A stretch of DNA of 32,000 nt from Methylophaga frappieri (GCF_000260965.1 NC_017856.1:450001-482000); one strand, 5' to 3'. Positions 18,690-28,417 are shown, counted from the stretch's first letter. The notes: generated from the letters alone by a model not told the origin. Made by a program: numbers and translations.

Positions 18690-19665
18690 ATGATGTTAGA
18701 ACTCTATCCTGAAATTGAACCTTTTCATTCTGAGTGGTTATCACGCGAACAACTAGATGAAAACAATCAACATGAAATTTATGTTGAACAATGTGGTAAC
18801 CCTGACGGCATACCTGTGTTGTTTCTGCATGGCGGGCCTGGTTCCGGTTGTCGGCCCGGACATCGGCGGTTCTTCGACCCAGCGCGGTACCATATTATCT
18901 TATTTGACCAGCGAGGCTGTGGCCGCTCAAAACCCAATGGCGAACTTCGTCACAATGACTTGCCCCATTTAATCCAAGATATTGAGGCCATTCGCGACCA
19001 TTTGAAAATTTCAAAGTGGATGTTGTTTGGCGGATCGTGGGGGGCAACATTGGCACTAGCCTATGCACGCGATCACAGTAAAAACGTAATATCGATGATT
19101 CTACGCGGCACATTCTTAGGTCGCCGCGAGGATATTGACTGGGTCTATGGTGCGGGTGGCGCCTCAAAAATCTTTGCTGATGGCTGGCATGACTTGCAGC
19201 AACTTGTACCGGCAGGGGCAAATTTACTGGACAGCTATTTTCAGTTACTGCAGGACGATTCCGCTGAAACACGACAACAGGGCGGCTAAAACCTTCGCAG
19301 CTAATGGGAATCCAAACCATCGTCATGAGTGCGCGATACACCGGTTTACACCACACCCGAAGAAGCCGAGGTTGGACCGATAAGCCATAGTTTGATCCCA
19401 GTTACAGTTTGCTCGGGCAGGCTGTTTTCTGGAGGACCGACCACTGCTGCAAGATCTGAGCGCACTCGATGACATACCACTGATACTGATTCACGGTCGC
19501 TACGATATGGTGTGCCCGTTAAATCAATCATGGCTTGTGAAACAGGCAGTAGCACACGCGGAATTCCGGGTTGTGCCTTTGGCCGGTCATGCTGCTGGTG
19601 AGCCTGCATTAGTTGACGCTCTGATTCAAGCGACAAACGAAATGGCAGACCGGCTGGCCTCATGA
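18690..19665 (+). pseudogene. pip: Proline iminopeptidase (prolyl aminopeptidase, alpha/beta hydrolase), disrupted
   Basis: The N-terminal 197 codons in frame 0 carry HGGPG, FDQRGCGRS and the nucleophile elbow GGSWGA, and end at a TAA at 19287. The C-terminal part (FLEDRPLLQDL...IPLILIHGRYDMVCPL...LAGHAAGEP...) is in a different frame and ends at 19665, overlapping the dtd ATG. Several frame changes and in-frame stops lie between 19279 and 19395. Confidence 0.8.
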
Positions 19666-20099
19666 TTGCTCTGATTCAACGTGTTTCTGAGGCTGGGGTC
19701 CATATTCATTCAGACTCTGTCGGTCAAATTTCTCAGGGCATTTTGTTGCTCTTAGGTGTTGAGCGTGAGGATAATCAAAAACACGCCGAAAAGTTACTTC
19801 ATAAAGTGCTGAATTACCGTATTTTTGCCGATACTCAGGGAAAAATGAATCTTAGCCTCTCTGATATACAAGGAGGATTGTTAATCGTACCGCAATTTAC
19901 GCTGCCCGCTGATACCCGCAAAGGGGCACGACCGAGCTTTACCAGTGCGGCACCGCCAAATCAAGCTGAGTCTTTATTTGAATACTTTTGCCAACATGCC
20001 AAACAGGCCCATCAACCGATCGCGACCGGCAAATTTGGTGCCGATATGCAGGTAAGTTTGATTAATGATGGCCCCGTTACTTTCTGGTTACAGGTATAA
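19662..20099 (+). CDS. dtd: D-aminoacyl-tRNA deacylase
   Basis: 145 aa. MIALIQRVSEA..., the SQFTL-type motif (VPQFTL) and the C-terminal NDGPVTF are present. The pip-dtd adjacency is as in Pseudomonas. Confidence 0.93.
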   Translation: MIALIQRVSEAGVHIHSDSVGQISQGILLLLGVEREDNQKHAEKLLHKVLNYRIFADTQGKMNLSLSDIQGGLLIVPQFTLPADTRKGARPSFTSAAPPNQAESLFEYFCQHAKQAHQPIATGKFGADMQVSLINDGPVTFWLQV

Positions 20100-20102
20100 A
20101 TT

Positions 20103-20726
20103 ATGCTGAAACGCATTATCAAAATTACCGTCTTGATCCTGTTTGCCTTGCTGGCCGTATTATCTCTGGCACTGATACCTTCTCCACAACCTGATGCACC
20201 GAAACCCTGGGATATCGATATTCATACCGATGGGCAACCTATCGTAATGGGGATTCACCTTGGTGAAGATAGTTATCGGGATGCGCAGCAAATATGGCAT
20301 GACAGTGGTGAAATCGCATTATTTTCAGAGGATGATAAAGTCGAGAGTGCCGAAGTATTCTTTGACCGTATTAATTTAGCAGGCTTATCCGCCAAAATTG
20401 TTGTCAATCTCGCGGTATCAGATAACACCTTAAAGACGATGGCCGAACGAGGCCGAAGTCGTCAGTTACAACCCAGTGGTGCCCGCCGCATTGAGCCTGC
20501 TTACGATGATCGGCAAACATTGCTGGATGCACCGATTGTCGCCATAACCTATTTACCAAACTTTCGACCCGACGTGGCAATGCTACAAAGTCGGTTTGGT
20601 CAACCTGACAAGATTAGCCTGGATAAGGCCGATCCCGACGCCGAAATCTGGCACTACCCGTCCCTCGGACTAACCATTCGCGTATATCCAGATGACAAGC
20701 CAGTCCTGTTGTATCAGACTTTATGA
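20103..20726 (+). CDS. Hypothetical protein with an N-terminal membrane anchor or signal peptide
   Basis: 207 aa. The ATG is 3 nt after the dtd stop. An N-terminal hydrophobic helix (IIKITVLILFALLAVLSLALI) is present. I recognise no motif in the rest. Confidence 0.5.
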   Translation: MLKRIIKITVLILFALLAVLSLALIPSPQPDAPKPWDIDIHTDGQPIVMGIHLGEDSYRDAQQIWHDSGEIALFSEDDKVESAEVFFDRINLAGLSAKIVVNLAVSDNTLKTMAERGRSRQLQPSGARRIEPAYDDRQTLLDAPIVAITYLPNFRPDVAMLQSRFGQPDKISLDKADPDAEIWHYPSLGLTIRVYPDDKPVLLYQTL

Positions 20727-23650
20727 GTCGATTGGTGCTCCCTGACATAACGCATAAAGTCATCTATGTTAAGCGATTTACTGAAATAAAATCCTTGTGC
20801 ACGTTGGCAGTGTTTTTGTTTCAATAATGCCAGCTGTTCAGCGGTTTCCACCCCTTCCGCGACCACACTCAAGCCAAGGCTGTCAGCCATCGCAAGAATG
20901 GCGCCGACGATGGCTGCATCGTCTTTGTCAGTAGTAATATCGCTGATAAAAGTGCGATCCACTTTCAGCACATTCAAAGGAAATTGTTTCAAGTAAGACA
21001 GTGACGAATAGCCTGTGCCAAAGTCATCTATAGCCAGCTTGACGCCCAAATGACTCAACTCTCGTAATGTTTCAATAGCAAGCGCAGTGTTGTCCATTAA
21101 TAAACTTTCGGTAATTTCCAGCTCAAGGTTGCTGGCTGGCATATCGATTTCATTCAGTAGCTGACGAACATAACCAAGTAACCGACCGCCTTTAAACTGT
21201 CGACCTGACAAGTTCACTGCGATGATAAAGTCCGGTGGCAACTGATCACGATGCATCATAAACAATTGACATGCCTGACGTAATACCCATTCGCCAACCG
21301 TGCCAATCAGTCCTGTATCTTCCAGCACCGGGATAAAAACCGCAGGTGAGACCTGTCCCCATTGTTCAGAGTGCCAACGCAATAAAGCCTCTGCGCCACT
21401 CACCTCTCCAGAAACCAGATCAATTTGTGGCTGCAGCTCAAGATAAAATTCTTTATGTTCCACGGCATGACGAAGACTGGTTTCGAGTGCCAGACGGTTT
21501 GACGCTTCAGCATTCATCTCTGCAGAGTAAAACTGATAATTATTGCGACCGGAGTTTTTGGCGTGATACATGGCTGCATCCGCATTTCGAACCAGAATAT
21601 CGGCATCGCGACCATCCGCAGGATAGAGGCTGATACCAATACTGGGGCTAATATTGACCTCAATGTTATCAATCATAAAAGGCAGGGTGGTGGCAGCGAG
21701 GATTTTATCTGCTACGCGGCCAACAAACTGCGCCGAATCAATATCTTCCAGCACCACGGTAAACTCATCGCCACCCAGCCTGGCCAACGTGTCACTCTCA
21801 CGGACACAAGAACGAATCCGCCGGCCAACATCACAAAGCAAATTATCCCCTGCTTTGTGACCCAGCGAGTCATTAATATGCTTAAAGTGATCTAGGTCGA
21901 TAAATAAGACAGCCAACCGACCCGGCTTACGTTGCAATTTATGTATAGCGTGCTCCAATCTATCATTGAAAACACCCCGGTTTGGTAAGCCTGTCAACGA
22001 ATCTTCATGTGCCAGACGCGTCAGCCGCTCTTCATTTTGTCGCTGTATACTGACATCCTCAAATAACCAGATACTGCCGCCGGCAGCGGCATCAGATCCC
22101 TGTCCTGCGACAGCCTGTCCTGACAATGCACACCAAAATGTCTGTCCATTTAAACGTTGCATCTCAATCTGTGTCTGAAAACTCTCGCCTTTTTCCAATG
22201 TCGGATAAGCCTGTTCGACAAACCGCGCATAAGCGCCATCGCTAATATGAAGAACACGTTCGTTTTGTGCTTCAAGGTGCGCCCGGTTACTGGCAAATAA
22301 GGTTTCAAATTTTTGATTGACTCTTACCAGATGGTGCCCGCGTAACAAAGCAATCCCAACCAGTGCATTTTCAAAAATGGCATCCAATTCATCCGTGATC
22401 TGCTGCAAATCATGCTTTGCCTGTTTCCAGGATGATATATCCGAAACAACGGCTACCCATGCCATTTTTTCACTCTCTACCCGACTAAGCGATATCCAAT
22501 ACGTTTTCAGCTTGCCTTGTGCGTCAATCCCAGAAAACTCACGCTCTCGCTCCTGATTCATCATCATCTCTGACAACGATTGGGAGCTATTACTCAAAAA
22601 GTCTTGCAGGCGTGTTCCCTTCAACAAAGTTTCTGTCGTCTTGAATACATTTGAAGCAGCGGGATTCGTTGTCATGATCTGTCCCGTGGCATTTAAGGTC
22701 AGAATGGCTTCTGGCACACTATTCAATAACGCAGTCAAATAGTCATCGCGCGATTGTAATCTGGCCCGCGCATCATCCAGCGCTGTAATTAATTGGCTGG
22801 TGTTTTCTGCAAATCGATTAAAGTCCCGCGCGACATCGGTAAACTCACTAAAATCACCCTGCTCTGGCAATCGTGTCTGAAAATTGTCTGCTGTCAGAGA
22901 CTGCATCGCCTGACGTAGTTCAATGATAGGTTGCCTGATGCGTCGACTGATCAAGGTAACAAAACCCAGCATCACAGCAATAAAAAGACCATTGATAATC
23001 AACGCCCAATTACGAAAACCTCGCATCAAGTCAGCAGCAACTGACAGCCGCTCGTCGGTAAATTTCGTAACCAGCGCAGACAGGGCATCTATTTCGGCTT
23101 TCAACGATGTCAAGCCATCTGCGCTGGCAGGCAACAGTGCGGCAGTCTCTTGTTGATTAGCCTGTAACTGTTCCCATATTCGTTGATACGCGCCTGATTC
23201 TGGCGACAGCTTCTGTAACCGTTCTGTCAATTGCTGGCGACGGATTGCTAATACAAATAACTGCTGATCAGTGTGCAAAAAATTCTGATACTGTTGTTGC
23301 AGCGCCAACACAACTTGCTGGTCAATCGGCAGCTGACCACTCAGCAGCAACAAACTTTGCCAAACCGTCTCGAACTGCAGCTCAAGTTGCCGCCTGTCTG
23401 GCGCTTCAGCTTTCTCATTCAGCGGAGCCGCATACAAAGAGCGCTGTTGGCGAATAATCAAAGCGGTAGCCGTTTCCGTTAGTTCACGACCGGCTTCTTG
23501 TAATGGCAGCACCTCTTCCAACAGCATTTGTTGATTCGCGGCATATTGAGCGTCGTTATAGAGCGCCATCCCGGCCATGAGCAATACCATCAAAATAGTC
23601 GCTACTACCCAATAGTTCAGCAGCTGACGAATCTGACGCTGCTTAGCCAC
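20714..23650 (-). CDS. Membrane sensor with a periplasmic helical domain, HAMP, two PAS domains, GGDEF and EAL (c-di-GMP synthase/phosphodiesterase)
   Basis: 978 aa from a GTG start. Two TM helices flank a Gln/Leu-rich loop of about 190 aa. The I-site RESD lies 5 residues before an intact GGDEF (RLGGDEFTV). EAL signatures EALLRW, ELEITES and DDFGTGYSS are present. Confidence 0.9.
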   Translation of the reverse strand: MAKQRQIRQLLNYWVVATILMVLLMAGMALYNDAQYAANQQMLLEEVLPLQEAGRELTETATALIIRQQRSLYAAPLNEKAEAPDRRQLELQFETVWQSLLLLSGQLPIDQQVVLALQQQYQNFLHTDQQLFVLAIRRQQLTERLQKLSPESGAYQRIWEQLQANQQETAALLPASADGLTSLKAEIDALSALVTKFTDERLSVAADLMRGFRNWALIINGLFIAVMLGFVTLISRRIRQPIIELRQAMQSLTADNFQTRLPEQGDFSEFTDVARDFNRFAENTSQLITALDDARARLQSRDDYLTALLNSVPEAILTLNATGQIMTTNPAASNVFKTTETLLKGTRLQDFLSNSSQSLSEMMMNQEREREFSGIDAQGKLKTYWISLSRVESEKMAWVAVVSDISSWKQAKHDLQQITDELDAIFENALVGIALLRGHHLVRVNQKFETLFASNRAHLEAQNERVLHISDGAYARFVEQAYPTLEKGESFQTQIEMQRLNGQTFWCALSGQAVAGQGSDAAAGGSIWLFEDVSIQRQNEERLTRLAHEDSLTGLPNRGVFNDRLEHAIHKLQRKPGRLAVLFIDLDHFKHINDSLGHKAGDNLLCDVGRRIRSCVRESDTLARLGGDEFTVVLEDIDSAQFVGRVADKILAATTLPFMIDNIEVNISPSIGISLYPADGRDADILVRNADAAMYHAKNSGRNNYQFYSAEMNAEASNRLALETSLRHAVEHKEFYLELQPQIDLVSGEVSGAEALLRWHSEQWGQVSPAVFIPVLEDTGLIGTVGEWVLRQACQLFMMHRDQLPPDFIIAVNLSGRQFKGGRLLGYVRQLLNEIDMPASNLELEITESLLMDNTALAIETLRELSHLGVKLAIDDFGTGYSSLSYLKQFPLNVLKVDRTFISDITTDKDDAAIVGAILAMADSLGLSVVAEGVETAEQLALLKQKHCQRAQGFYFSKSLNIDDFMRYVREHQSTHKV

Positions 23651-23680
23651 GCCGTGTCATCCCGCTAAAACACCACATGA

Positions 23681-23881
23681 TTACTTATCGTCCTGTTCCC
23701 ACTGTTTGTCATCGGCGTCATCACTGACGTTTGCCTCAATTGTATCGTCGTCCATTAAGACACGGTGGGCCGCACCATCCATATCATCATACTGACCATT
23801 TCTAACTGCCCAGAAAAAAACAGCAACCCCAATAATGCCCAACAACAACATCCCCGGCAATAATCCGTATATAACTTCCAT
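23681..23881 (-). CDS. ccoS: cbb3 oxidase maturation protein CcoS/FixS
   Basis: 66 aa. A single TM helix is followed by FFWAVRNGQYDDMDGAAHRVLMDDD, the CcoS signature. It is the last gene of ccoGHIS. Confidence 0.85.
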   Translation of the reverse strand: MEVIYGLLPGMLLLGIIGVAVFFWAVRNGQYDDMDGAAHRVLMDDDTIEANVSDDADDKQWEQDDK

Positions 23882-23893
23882 TTGCTCCCCCCA

Positions 23894-26341
23894 TTATTTC
23901 ACTCGTCCAATTCGGGCAGCATTACCAATAACCAGTAACGAACTTATTGGCATTGTGACTGCAGCCATTAGCGGGCTGACCATCGCCATCATTGCCAGTG
24001 GCACCATGATGAGGTTGTAGATAATTGATAATACAATATTCTGTTTGATGGTGCGTAACGTATGACCGGCCAACCGCCGCGCTTCAACGACTTGCATAAG
24101 ACGGTTCTGAGACAAAACGATATCTGCAGCTTCTATCGAAACATCGGTACCCGCGGCAACAGCAATACCCACATCGGCCTGAATCAAGGCTGGCGAATCA
24201 TTAATACCATCGCCAACCATCGCCACAGTATGCCCTTGTTGTTGTAACTGTCTGATTTTCTGTTGTTTATCCTCAGGCAGTACTTCAGCAATACACTTTA
24301 CCGCACCTAGTTGCGCTACCACCGCCGCTACCACTGCGTATCTGTCACCACTTAGCACGGACACCTGAATATGTTGATTGAGCAATGCTGCGATCGCTTG
24401 GCTGGCATCCTCTCTTAAGGTATCCGTTACCCCAAGCAAACCGATGATGGTGTTATGCTGCACCACAAGGACACAACTAATGCCTTGTTTTTCAGCCTCT
24501 TCACATTCGGCGTACCACACATCATCGACATTTATGAATGAGGCTAACCACGCCATTGTCCCAACCGCTACCTCATGACCATCCAGCAATGCTTTAACAC
24601 CTCGTCCTGGCACCGCGCGAAATGCGGTGACCGAGCATATTTCTAGACCCCGCGATTGGCTATGGTTGACTACAGCGCGAGCTACGGCGTGTTCTGAAAG
24701 CTGTTCAACCGACGCAGCCACGCGTAAAACTTGCTCGTCTGTATAGCCGTTGGCAGGCAATATTTTACGAATTGTCAGTTCACCTGTGGTTAACGTTCCC
24801 GTTTTATCGAACACCACATGATTCACCGTTGACAATTTTTCCAGAACAGCACCATTTTTTACCAAAATACCCCGCTGCGCGCCCACACCGCTTGCCACCG
24901 CAATGGACATAGGCGTCGCCATACCAAAAGCACAAGGACAGGTGACAACTAGTACAGAAGCCGCGGCCAACAGCGCAATTTCAAAGTCCTGCCCCAACCA
25001 GCTCAGAAAGGTCAGGGTTGCCAAACATAATGTGATTAGTACAAACCAAGGCACAATTCTATCTGCTAAGGACTGCAATGCGGATTTATCCGATTGAGCT
25101 GCCTCCATCAAATCCAGGATACGAGCAAGTGCGGTATCGCGTAACACCGCACGAGCCCTGACATGAAGTGCGCCTTCACTATTTTGACTGCCAGCAACAA
25201 CCTGGTCCCCCACCTGTTTAACAACCAGGGCCGATTCGCCTGTAAGCATGGATTCATTGATCGCACTGTCTCCCGCAATCACATCACCATCCACGGGAAC
25301 CGTTTCGCCCGGTCTGACTAAAACCACATCACCGGGAGAAACCAGGCGTATGGGGGTCAGTTTGGTGTCATCACCATGTACGACTGTTGCCATTTTTGGT
25401 TGCAGCGTCAACAATCTGCGTGTCGCCGACAACGCATTTCGGGTAGAAATTGCTTGTAAATATCGGCCTATTAGAATGACAAAAATGAAGTTAACAACGG
25501 TGTCAAAAAAAACTTCGCCTTGCGTTGAGCCCGTCACAGTAATGTAGACCGAATACAGGTAAGTCGCCGTCGCCCCGATAGCAATGGGCAAATCCATCGT
25601 TAATCGCCAATTTCTCAGCCCGGTAAAAGCATTACGAAAAAAGGGAAAGCCCGAATACAACAAGGTGGGCGTCGCCAGCCCAAAACCAATCCAGTGAAAC
25701 CAGTTACGAAACTCATCTTCTGCAGCGCCAGCGTACAACGCAATTGACACCCAGAGAATATTCATCATACAAAAGCCGGCAAAGGCCATTCGATAAAGTA
25801 AATCTCGATGACGTCTTGCTAAGGCCCCCTCCGCAGTTTCGGGATCAAACGGGACACCGGCATAACCGACCGAAGCTAGCCGTTTGAGAATGGCCGACAA
25901 GGTCGTTCTTTGACTATCCCAACTCAGACGCAGTTTTTTTGCCGTAAAATTCGCCTCGGCACGGATAACCCCGGGTTGATGATGCAAGGTCTGCTCAATT
26001 AACCAAATACAGGCCGGACAGTGAATGCCTTCGATTAACAAATGGATTTCGCGCTGACTGCCATGCGATGTCACATAGTCGTCCTGAATTGCCTCCTGAT
26101 CATAAGCTTCAAACTCAGTATGCTGGGTTGGCGGAGGCGCCAAGGTCTCATCCGGGGTGGTTTTTTGATAAAAACCTTGCAACCCTGCAGAAAAAATTGT
26201 TTGACAGACACTTTTGCAGCCATGACAGCAGAACATCTGCTGCTCACCATCTATTTCGGCAAAAATGGCTTCAGAATCAGATACCGGCGAGGCACAATGA
26301 TAACAGACCGGTTTTGCGGCTTTGGCTGTCGCTTCAGGCAA
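23894..26341 (-). CDS. ccoI: Copper-translocating P1B-type ATPase CcoI/FixI
   Basis: An N-terminal Cys-rich cation-ATPase domain (CYHC...CCHGC) and an HMA motif (GIHCPAC) are present. The TM CPC, the phosphorylation site DKTGTLT and the GDGINDSPAL motif are present. The apparent start is a TTG, so the start is uncertain. Confidence 0.9.
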   Translation of the reverse strand: MPEATAKAAKPVCYHCASPVSDSEAIFAEIDGEQQMFCCHGCKSVCQTIFSAGLQGFYQKTTPDETLAPPPTQHTEFEAYDQEAIQDDYVTSHGSQREIHLLIEGIHCPACIWLIEQTLHHQPGVIRAEANFTAKKLRLSWDSQRTTLSAILKRLASVGYAGVPFDPETAEGALARRHRDLLYRMAFAGFCMMNILWVSIALYAGAAEDEFRNWFHWIGFGLATPTLLYSGFPFFRNAFTGLRNWRLTMDLPIAIGATATYLYSVYITVTGSTQGEVFFDTVVNFIFVILIGRYLQAISTRNALSATRRLLTLQPKMATVVHGDDTKLTPIRLVSPGDVVLVRPGETVPVDGDVIAGDSAINESMLTGESALVVKQVGDQVVAGSQNSEGALHVRARAVLRDTALARILDLMEAAQSDKSALQSLADRIVPWFVLITLCLATLTFLSWLGQDFEIALLAAASVLVVTCPCAFGMATPMSIAVASGVGAQRGILVKNGAVLEKLSTVNHVVFDKTGTLTTGELTIRKILPANGYTDEQVLRVAASVEQLSEHAVARAVVNHSQSRGLEICSVTAFRAVPGRGVKALLDGHEVAVGTMAWLASFINVDDVWYAECEEAEKQGISCVLVVQHNTIIGLLGVTDTLREDASQAIAALLNQHIQVSVLSGDRYAVVAAVVAQLGAVKCIAEVLPEDKQQKIRQLQQQGHTVAMVGDGINDSPALIQADVGIAVAAGTDVSIEAADIVLSQNRLMQVVEARRLAGHTLRTIKQNIVLSIIYNLIMVPLAMMAMVSPLMAAVTMPISSLLVIGNAARIGRVK

Positions 26342-26360
26342 GAGTCTTTTCTCTGATTAA

Positions 26361-26864
26361 TCAGGGGTCGATATAAATTCGTCGAGTTAGCAAGAATTCA
26401 TCTTCACCCTGTTTTGCTTCCACAATCACATCCCAATTACCCGGTAGACTAAATGTGATGTCAGCAGCATAACGACCGGCCGCCATTTGGTTCATAGCAA
26501 TGGAAAAGTCGGCGTTCATATCTGAAGGTCTATAAGCAAAAAAAGTTACCGAATCCAGATTCAACGCCGTAGAATTTTTTCCTTGAATCAATACTTCAAA
26601 TGGTTGCTTTTGATTTACCCGCGTTTTAGCGGGTGCCATAATCACGCCATTCCAACCTAAAGTTTGCTCATTTTCAACTGCGGCTTCTTTCATCGCGTAG
26701 GCTTTACCGCGTTCATAAAAATTATCTACAACCAGATTAGGCCGTTGTTGAAAAGCCAAATAAATAAACACGGCATTGGCTGTTAAGAAGGTGACTAAAA
26801 ATCCTAAAAAACCCAATACCCACGGATTTTTTAAAGCTTGAGGGTTATGTTGCGATATTGCCAT
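26361..26864 (-). CDS. ccoH: cbb3 oxidase assembly protein CcoH/FixH
   Basis: 167 aa. An N-terminal TM helix is followed by a FixH-like periplasmic beta domain. The TAATG junction links it to ccoG. It sits between ccoG and ccoI. Confidence 0.8.
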   Translation of the reverse strand: MAISQHNPQALKNPWVLGFLGFLVTFLTANAVFIYLAFQQRPNLVVDNFYERGKAYAMKEAAVENEQTLGWNGVIMAPAKTRVNQKQPFEVLIQGKNSTALNLDSVTFFAYRPSDMNADFSIAMNQMAAGRYAADITFSLPGNWDVIVEAKQGEDEFLLTRRIYIDP

Positions 26865-28285
26865 TATTGCGGTCCCATAAATACGGTTTTATCACGACTG
26901 TTTAGTGCAGGCTGGCCAATCACTTCCGCTTCAAAAAATAAGGGTAGCGCCGTCTCTGTCAATTGAGATTCCGGCACTCTGACCAAAGCCTGTATCGGCA
27001 CAACATGGCCGGGCCTGATCTCGATGGGCTCTGCCATATCATGCAACTCAGCGCCATCAATGCCACTCACGGTATAACGCACTTGGATTGGTTGCTTGGT
27101 TTTGTTGAGCATTTTCAGCATATATCGATTCTGAATCGCGCCATCACTCAGTCTGACAAAGAGTGGTTGTCGATTGTGGGTCACTTTGAACTCTGTCGGC
27201 GACAGCGTAGTGTACCCGTAAACAACCCCGCCAAGCGCCATTAACAATATCAGGCCATAAATAATAACCCGGGGGCGTTTAAATAATGGCAGCGATTTAC
27301 CATTGTGATGCAACTCTTTATAAGAAGCATAGCGAATCAAGCCACGCGGCTGATTGGTTTTATCCATGATCGAATCACAAGCATCGATACACATGCCGCA
27401 AGTAATGCAGCCTTCCTGCTGACCTTTACGGATATCTACACCAGTAGGACAAACCGCTACACAGACCTTACAGTCAATGCAACTGCCTTTACTGTCATCA
27501 ACCTGACCACGCTTTAATTTGCCTCTCGGCTCACCCCGCTCAGCATCATAGGCAGGCAACACGGTATCCTGGTCATACATGACGCCCTGCAATCGGGCAT
27601 AAGGGCATAACCAAAAACAAACCTGTTCGCGCATAAATCCGGCAAAAATATATGTCCCTACTGTGAACATAGCCAATACAATCCATGCAACAAGCGATGC
27701 TTGCAGCGTAAAGTAATCACGCCAAAGCTGATAAGCGTCTGTAAACCAAGCAGAGAAAGATAAGCCCGTCAGCAAAGCAATAGCCAGCCATAATGTGTGT
27801 TTGAGGGTGATTCGACTCACCTTATGAAAATCAGCAGGGCGATCTTTGAATTTTTTGGCTTTTTGCGGGGTATCCCCTTCGATTCGGGTCTCGATGTAGG
27901 TATAAACGTCTGTCCAGACCGTTTGAAAACAAAAATATCCACAAAAAACTCGCCCAGCAATGCTGGTCACTGCTGCCAGCAAAATGGCAAAAAACAGCAG
28001 GGTCAGCGATAGCATCCAGATATCTTGAGGGTAAATGGTCAGATTAAAAAAATTAAACTGCCGATTAGGAATATCAAATAATACGGCTTGCTGACCATTC
28101 CAGCGTAAGTATGGTCCCAAGAAAAATACCAGCCACACAGACATACCAAACCATTTAAGCCGGCGATACCGGCCATCCATGCGTTTAGCAACGACCTTTT
28201 TTTCACCAGCATTGACATGCCAGTCTGAGACCTCTTCGTAGATTTGTGAAATATCTACGGCAATGCCGTTTTGTTGTTGGGACAC
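26864..28285 (-). CDS. ccoG: cbb3 oxidase accessory protein CcoG/FixG (polyferredoxin)
   Basis: 473 aa and multi-TM. Two 4Fe-4S motifs are present (CIDCKVCVAVCP and CITCGMCIDAC). The GTG start has GAGGTG 5 nt upstream. Confidence 0.9.
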   Translation of the reverse strand: MSQQQNGIAVDISQIYEEVSDWHVNAGEKKVVAKRMDGRYRRLKWFGMSVWLVFFLGPYLRWNGQQAVLFDIPNRQFNFFNLTIYPQDIWMLSLTLLFFAILLAAVTSIAGRVFCGYFCFQTVWTDVYTYIETRIEGDTPQKAKKFKDRPADFHKVSRITLKHTLWLAIALLTGLSFSAWFTDAYQLWRDYFTLQASLVAWIVLAMFTVGTYIFAGFMREQVCFWLCPYARLQGVMYDQDTVLPAYDAERGEPRGKLKRGQVDDSKGSCIDCKVCVAVCPTGVDIRKGQQEGCITCGMCIDACDSIMDKTNQPRGLIRYASYKELHHNGKSLPLFKRPRVIIYGLILLMALGGVVYGYTTLSPTEFKVTHNRQPLFVRLSDGAIQNRYMLKMLNKTKQPIQVRYTVSGIDGAELHDMAEPIEIRPGHVVPIQALVRVPESQLTETALPLFFEAEVIGQPALNSRDKTVFMGPQ

Positions 28286-28366
28286 TCAGTCACCTCAGCG
28301 TTACACCTGCTTTATTTTATCACACAGGATCAGTTTTATCGGCCTTACTGTTACCAGATTCATAAC

Positions 28367-28393
28367 GAAAAAAACCGACGGCCAAGTCGGTTT
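28367..28393 (-). terminator. Rho-independent terminator separating the ccoNOQP unit (with the small ORF) from ccoGHIS
   Basis: The minus strand reads AACCGAC-TTGGCC-GTCGGTT followed by TTTTTCG. It lies 24 nt after the stop of the 40-aa ORF and about 80 nt before the ccoG start. Confidence 0.75.
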
Positions 28394-28417
28394 CTTCCTT
28401 GAACCCACTATTTAAAT

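Noticed and set aside
18895-19663. Two long minus-strand ORFs (153 aa and 105 aa) antisense to the broken pip gene. They are tempting as replacement genes.
   Set aside because: Both are Arg/Pro/Ser/His-rich shadow frames with no SD and no recognisable motifs. Their extent mirrors the pip coding frames on the opposite strand.
28318-28333. TATCACACAGGATCAG upstream of ccoG, considered as a second FNR or CRP site.
   Set aside because: Only one half-site-like element (TGAT / TCACA) is present, without the symmetric partner at the correct spacing.
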